NCBI GenBank assembly: GCA_951406725.2
Contig: OX597817.1
Span: 7,812,001-7,876,000, forward strand
Length of the DNA: 64,000 nucleotides
Source of the DNA: Octopus vulgaris
Taxonomy: Eukaryota
Direction: 5' to 3'
The translations under genes and the position numbers were made by a program. A model generated the notes under the pieces. That model had not been told where the DNA came from. It ran no database searches and was given only the letters and a program-made list of their open reading frames with translations. How positions within the stretch are numbered: the stretch's first letter is position 1; the number at the start of each line of letters is the position of its first letter. Shown one piece after another: positions 58,970 to 64,000 of this stretch.

Positions 58970-59650
58970 ACATTATTCAGTTTTATTCCAAGATTTCTCG
59001 CCAAGAGAGAAAGAGCCGGTTTTTAACTTAGATCCAAGGCTCCCTTATTTGAATTTCAACATCGACATGGTATTTTTGTTTGTATGTATTTTTGTATGTA
59101 TGTATGTATGTATGTATATGTGCAGATTTATATGTTTTGTTTTATGTATGTATTCCCATGCAAATAGTTGTATATCTAGACATGCTCATATATACTTAAA
59201 TGATAAACTTCTGGAAATTTTTACAGATTTTTACAGTTCCACTGATGAATTGGATCTGCAGTCTTCGAATCAACTTTCTCCTTTCTGGTTTCGAGAAGCC
59301 TAATTTCTCAAAATCGGTGTCTAGGTATTATGTTACATACCCCAGTTTCCCAATAATTACAGGTATAAACCTGAACTTGTAATCTGGATAGAGTAACTGC
59401 AAATTCCTCAATAGTTCAACATAGGTATTTTCTTATTCACTGATCTTTAGCTTTATGTTAACCTCCGCTGGGCAGCTGATTTCCACAACTGTACACAGTT
59501 TCTCGTCTCTGTCCCAAATCATTATATCAGGTCTATTGTGTTTACATTTTATTGAGGTTTTCACTGGGACATTCCACCAGTACTCCGTTTTACTATGAGT
59601 GACTATGGCTTCTATCTTACTGTGGGTTCTTAGTTTTTGCCCTCGGGGTT
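58970..59650 (-). mobile_element. R4/Dong-like (restriction-like endonuclease) non-LTR retrotransposon 3' end
   Basis: The minus frame 59196-59600 reads EYWWNVPVKT..KHNRPDIMIWD...VVEISCP...PVIIGKLG, with two stops. A related 3' UTR fragment lies at ~21715-21815. Confidence 0.85.
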
Positions 59651-60510
59651 AACTTTGTATGCATGTATGCATGCATGTAAGTATGTATGTATAGCTGTGG
59701 CTGTAGCTTGCTTCCCAAGCACATGCTTCCGGGATCAATCCCACAGCGTGGTACCTTGGGCAAGTGTCTTCTGCTTTAGCTCCAGGTCGATCAATACCTT
59801 GAGTGGATTTCGTGGAGGGAAACTGAAAGAAGTGTGTTTGTACGTGTGTGTGTGTGTGTTTTTTATAAATGTGTGAGTGGGTATCATTGTATATGTGTTT
59901 GTTGCCTACCACCGCTTATAAAACGGTGTTGATTTGTTTATGTCCTAATAATTGGGTGGTTCGGCGAAAATAAACAGTTGGAATAAGTATTAGGCTTAAA
60001 AAATAAGTACTGGTTTGATTTGGTCGACGAAACCCTTCAAGGCGATGCTCCAGTATGGCTGCAATCCTATGACTAAAAAAGATAAAAGATGTAAGAAATT
60101 TGCTTCCCAAACACATATTTCTGGGTTCAGCTCCACGACATGTCACCTAGGGCAAGTGTTTTTCTACTACAACACCGGGGTTAATCAGTGGATTTGGTAG
60201 ACGAAAAGTGAAAGAAGCCTGTCGTATATGTGTAAATGTGTGTGTGTGTGTGTGTGTGTCCCTCTCCACCACCGTCGCTTGACGACTTATGTTGGTGTGT
60301 CTAAGTTCCCATAACTTAGTTGTTCGACAAAAGAGACCGATAGAGTAAGTACCAGGCTTGAAAAACGTAATTAGTAAGGTTTATTCGTTCGACTAAAATT
60401 CACCAACGCGATACCCAACATGGCCGCAGTCGAATGACTGAAACAAGCAAAAAGATGTTTTTAAATAAATAAAAAAAAGATATATGTTGGGATTATATGT
60501 GTGTGTGTGT

Positions 60511-60547
<37 letters not shown>

Positions 60548-60931
60548 TGTGTACGTGTGTGTGTGTGTGTGTGTGTTGTATTGAATTAATATGTATGCGT
60601 ACGTGTCAGTGTATTTTGGGCAGGGCTAAAGCTTGGCGTTCCTATATACATTTAGTAGTTTTTGCAGTTCGGGAAGAGCAAATATTTTCCTAAAACGCCA
60701 TTTTAAATGATTGAATCTCAACGATTGAAATGAATTCAAGCGATAAAAGATAATTATAATCCTCTCTGGTTGAATTCTTTCATATACACACCACAATTTG
60801 CATTTATGGCAGAAGGCTGTATATTGAGTAAACATATCGACTTTACATCGATATCTAATAAACACACGATAGCTAAAGAAAATTTGATGCGTATAAGATT
60901 GGATACATACATACATATATATATATAGAGT

Positions 60932-60962
<31 letters not shown>

Positions 60963-61513
60963 TGAGAGAGAGAAAGAGAAATAGATAGATATAGATATAT
61001 GTACACTTATGTACATATGTATGTATATTTTTCTATATATCTATGTATGTTTCCATGTATCAAAGCATTTATGTATATGTAAATACAATAGATGTTTAAA
61101 TACATGTATCTATGTAAATATGTATGTATATGTATGCATCTATAAACTTATGTATGTATGTATGTATGTATGTATGTATGTATGTATGTATGTATGTATG
61201 AATGTATGTATGTATGTATGCATGCATGTATGTATGTATGTATGCATGTATGCATGTATGTATGCATGTATGAATGATATTGTATATCTAACGGCACAGC
61301 AGCCTTTGATGCGCAAAATTGGATGTGACTACGAAGTTTGATGGGTGCAGCATTTTGCCCTGTAACCACTTGAGTTCGAAATAGTAGATTAGTAGATATG
61401 CATATCTATCTGAGCATATATACGCATTATATCTACAGTGTGATGCGCATGTATATTTGCTTATGTGTACACATACATATAAGTATATATATATATATAT
61501 ATACACACAATCT

Positions 61514-61546
<33 letters not shown>

Positions 61547-61564
61547 AGACACGCATACACACAT

Positions 61565-61630
<66 letters not shown>

Positions 61631-62319
61631 ACACGCTCTTTTTTATGTATTTAAGTTTTGGGAGTGTCTCTGGGTACATACGCTTTCATACATAAAAGCA
61701 TATGTGTGGGTACGAGGGTATATATGACTGATATGCATACGTGCATACATAAATGTTTGCACACACACACGCACACACACACGCACACACACACACACAC
61801 ACACAGATACACACACACATACATATATAATGCATATATATATATATACATAATTACACACACTCACACAAACACAAACACACACACACGTACATTCATA
61901 CATATAATCATGCATGCTTACAGACAAGCTTACATACACTCATACATGCATACATACGTATATACATACACACATACACACCTACAAACATGCACCCCTG
62001 TGGAGTAAACAAGCAGAAAACATTCAGATCAATAAAGATCACAGCGTTGTTTCATGTCTCTCAATGTCTCTTATCTGTAATTTATTTTCTAGAAATTTTC
62101 ATTACTTTATTTTACTTTCATAATTTGTTGTTCTGATAGTATCCTTAATGCCTATTCTTCCATAATACACGTGCGCAAACAAACACACGCTCTCACACAT
62201 GCACACACATACATGCACACACACACACGCAAACAAACACATACACATATAGATCGCACATACACACACTGTCTCATATAAATATACATTCCAACGTATA
62301 TTCACAACAAGCACACACA

Positions 62320-62395
<76 letters not shown>

Positions 62396-62468
62396 ATATA
62401 TGCATATATAATGTATGTATGTATATACGCAGATACAAACACTTTATGAACATTATATGTATACACAC

Positions 62469-62568
<100 letters not shown>

Positions 62569-62832
62569 TACAGATATACATACATATATGCATATATGTA
62601 TGTATATGCATACACACGTGTGTCAGACTTATTTACACAATAATAATAATAATGATAATGCACACAGACACACACACTCACACACACACATATATATATA
62701 TATACATATGACTGTATATGACTGTATATGTATGTATATATATACATACATATACAGTCAGAAAAACCTGAATACGTTCAAAAGATTCTCAGATTATAGA
62801 GCTTTTCTGTAAATTCACTGGTTTCCTTACTA

Positions 62833-62866
62833 CTACGGCTACCACCACGACCTCTGCTGCTGCTGC

Positions 62867-62941
<75 letters not shown>

Positions 62942-63008
62942 CAGCAGCAGCAGCAGCAGCAACAGGAGCGCCACCATCATCACCACCAACAACGACAGCA
63001 GCAGCAGC
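62833..63008. repeat. (AGT)n/(AGC)n trinucleotide compound repeat
   Basis: Directly visible. Confidence 0.9.
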
Positions 63009-63400
63009 TCATGTTTATCGTTGCCTTCTTTATATTAATTTTGATTTTTGCATTTTGCAAATATTAACGATGCTCGATTAATTTTTACAGCTCCTTATTT
63101 AGGCGAATTTATGCATGTATACAAGCATGTATGAATGTTAGTAGCTTCGTAGTTATATATTGGTAGGTTGGTAGGCAGGTATATATGAATAAGTGTACGT
63201 ATGTATATATATATATGTATGTATGTGTATGAATGTATGCGCATGTGCGAATGTATGGATGCAAATTGTGATCTTTGTTTGTTCGTGTATATTGATGTAT
63301 CTATGTATTTAAGGATATGTATGAAGTAATTATGTTTTAATGAAAATCGGTCAATCAAGTGTAAAGGTAATACGTGTAGACATGTAAGTACATGTCTAAG

Positions 63401-63484
<84 letters not shown>

Positions 63485-63515
63485 CATATATTTATTTATT
63501 TATATATATATATAA

Positions 63516-63578
<63 letters not shown>

Positions 63579-63705
63579 TGTATATGTGTGTATACATATA
63601 CAGATATATGTGTGTGTGTGTGTGTATAATACATAAATCCGAAACAAGAAGCCCACTCTAAGATGTAGAGCAGTATATCAGTATATACCAAAGATGGGCC
63701 TTCCC

Positions 63706-63824
<119 letters not shown>

Positions 63825-64000
63825 TTTACACTCATCTGTAATATAGGTTTTTTTTTATCGTTTTTGTATATTTATATCTTATACTTGTTTTTATCTCTAG
63901 TATATATTACATATATATTAATTACCATATTGTATGTATATATATGTATATATATATATATTAATTTCCATATTGTATATATATATGTATATATTATTAC

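Noticed and set aside
59238-59290. CTGATGA motif (also at 20731, 54563 and 35695 minus)
   Set aside because: There is no stem II/GAAA/NUH context; two of these lie inside LINE coding remnants.

Overview
This is AT-rich, microsatellite-saturated eukaryotic DNA. Its SINE/LINE complement fits a coleoid cephalopod, most likely Octopus (inference). The window appears to lie within one + strand gene, a KCNQ (Kv7) voltage-gated K+ channel. Four phase-compatible GT-AG exons are visible: 16358-16486 (S5/pore helix), 17917-18027 (TVGYG filter/S6), 44828-45012 (S6 end/IQ helix A) and 47531-47695 (linker). The rest is intron filled with tRNA-derived SINEs, LINE fragments (RTE, Tx1/L1, CR1/L2-like, R4/Dong-like), mariner MITEs, non-autonomous Helitrons and simple repeats. 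Nearly all supplied ORFs are microsatellite artefacts. Most notable is a set of short (TA)n-embedded non-coding elements carrying minimal hammerhead-ribozyme folds with variant cores, arranged as long palindromes or a 361-bp direct-repeat unit (Penelope-like/retrozyme-like). Also notable are a template-switch duplication that copied half an exon with its splice donor, and three divergent Tx1-like LINE ends sharing a terminus, two of them next to GATA repeats. All calls were made by eye and repeat boundaries are approximate.
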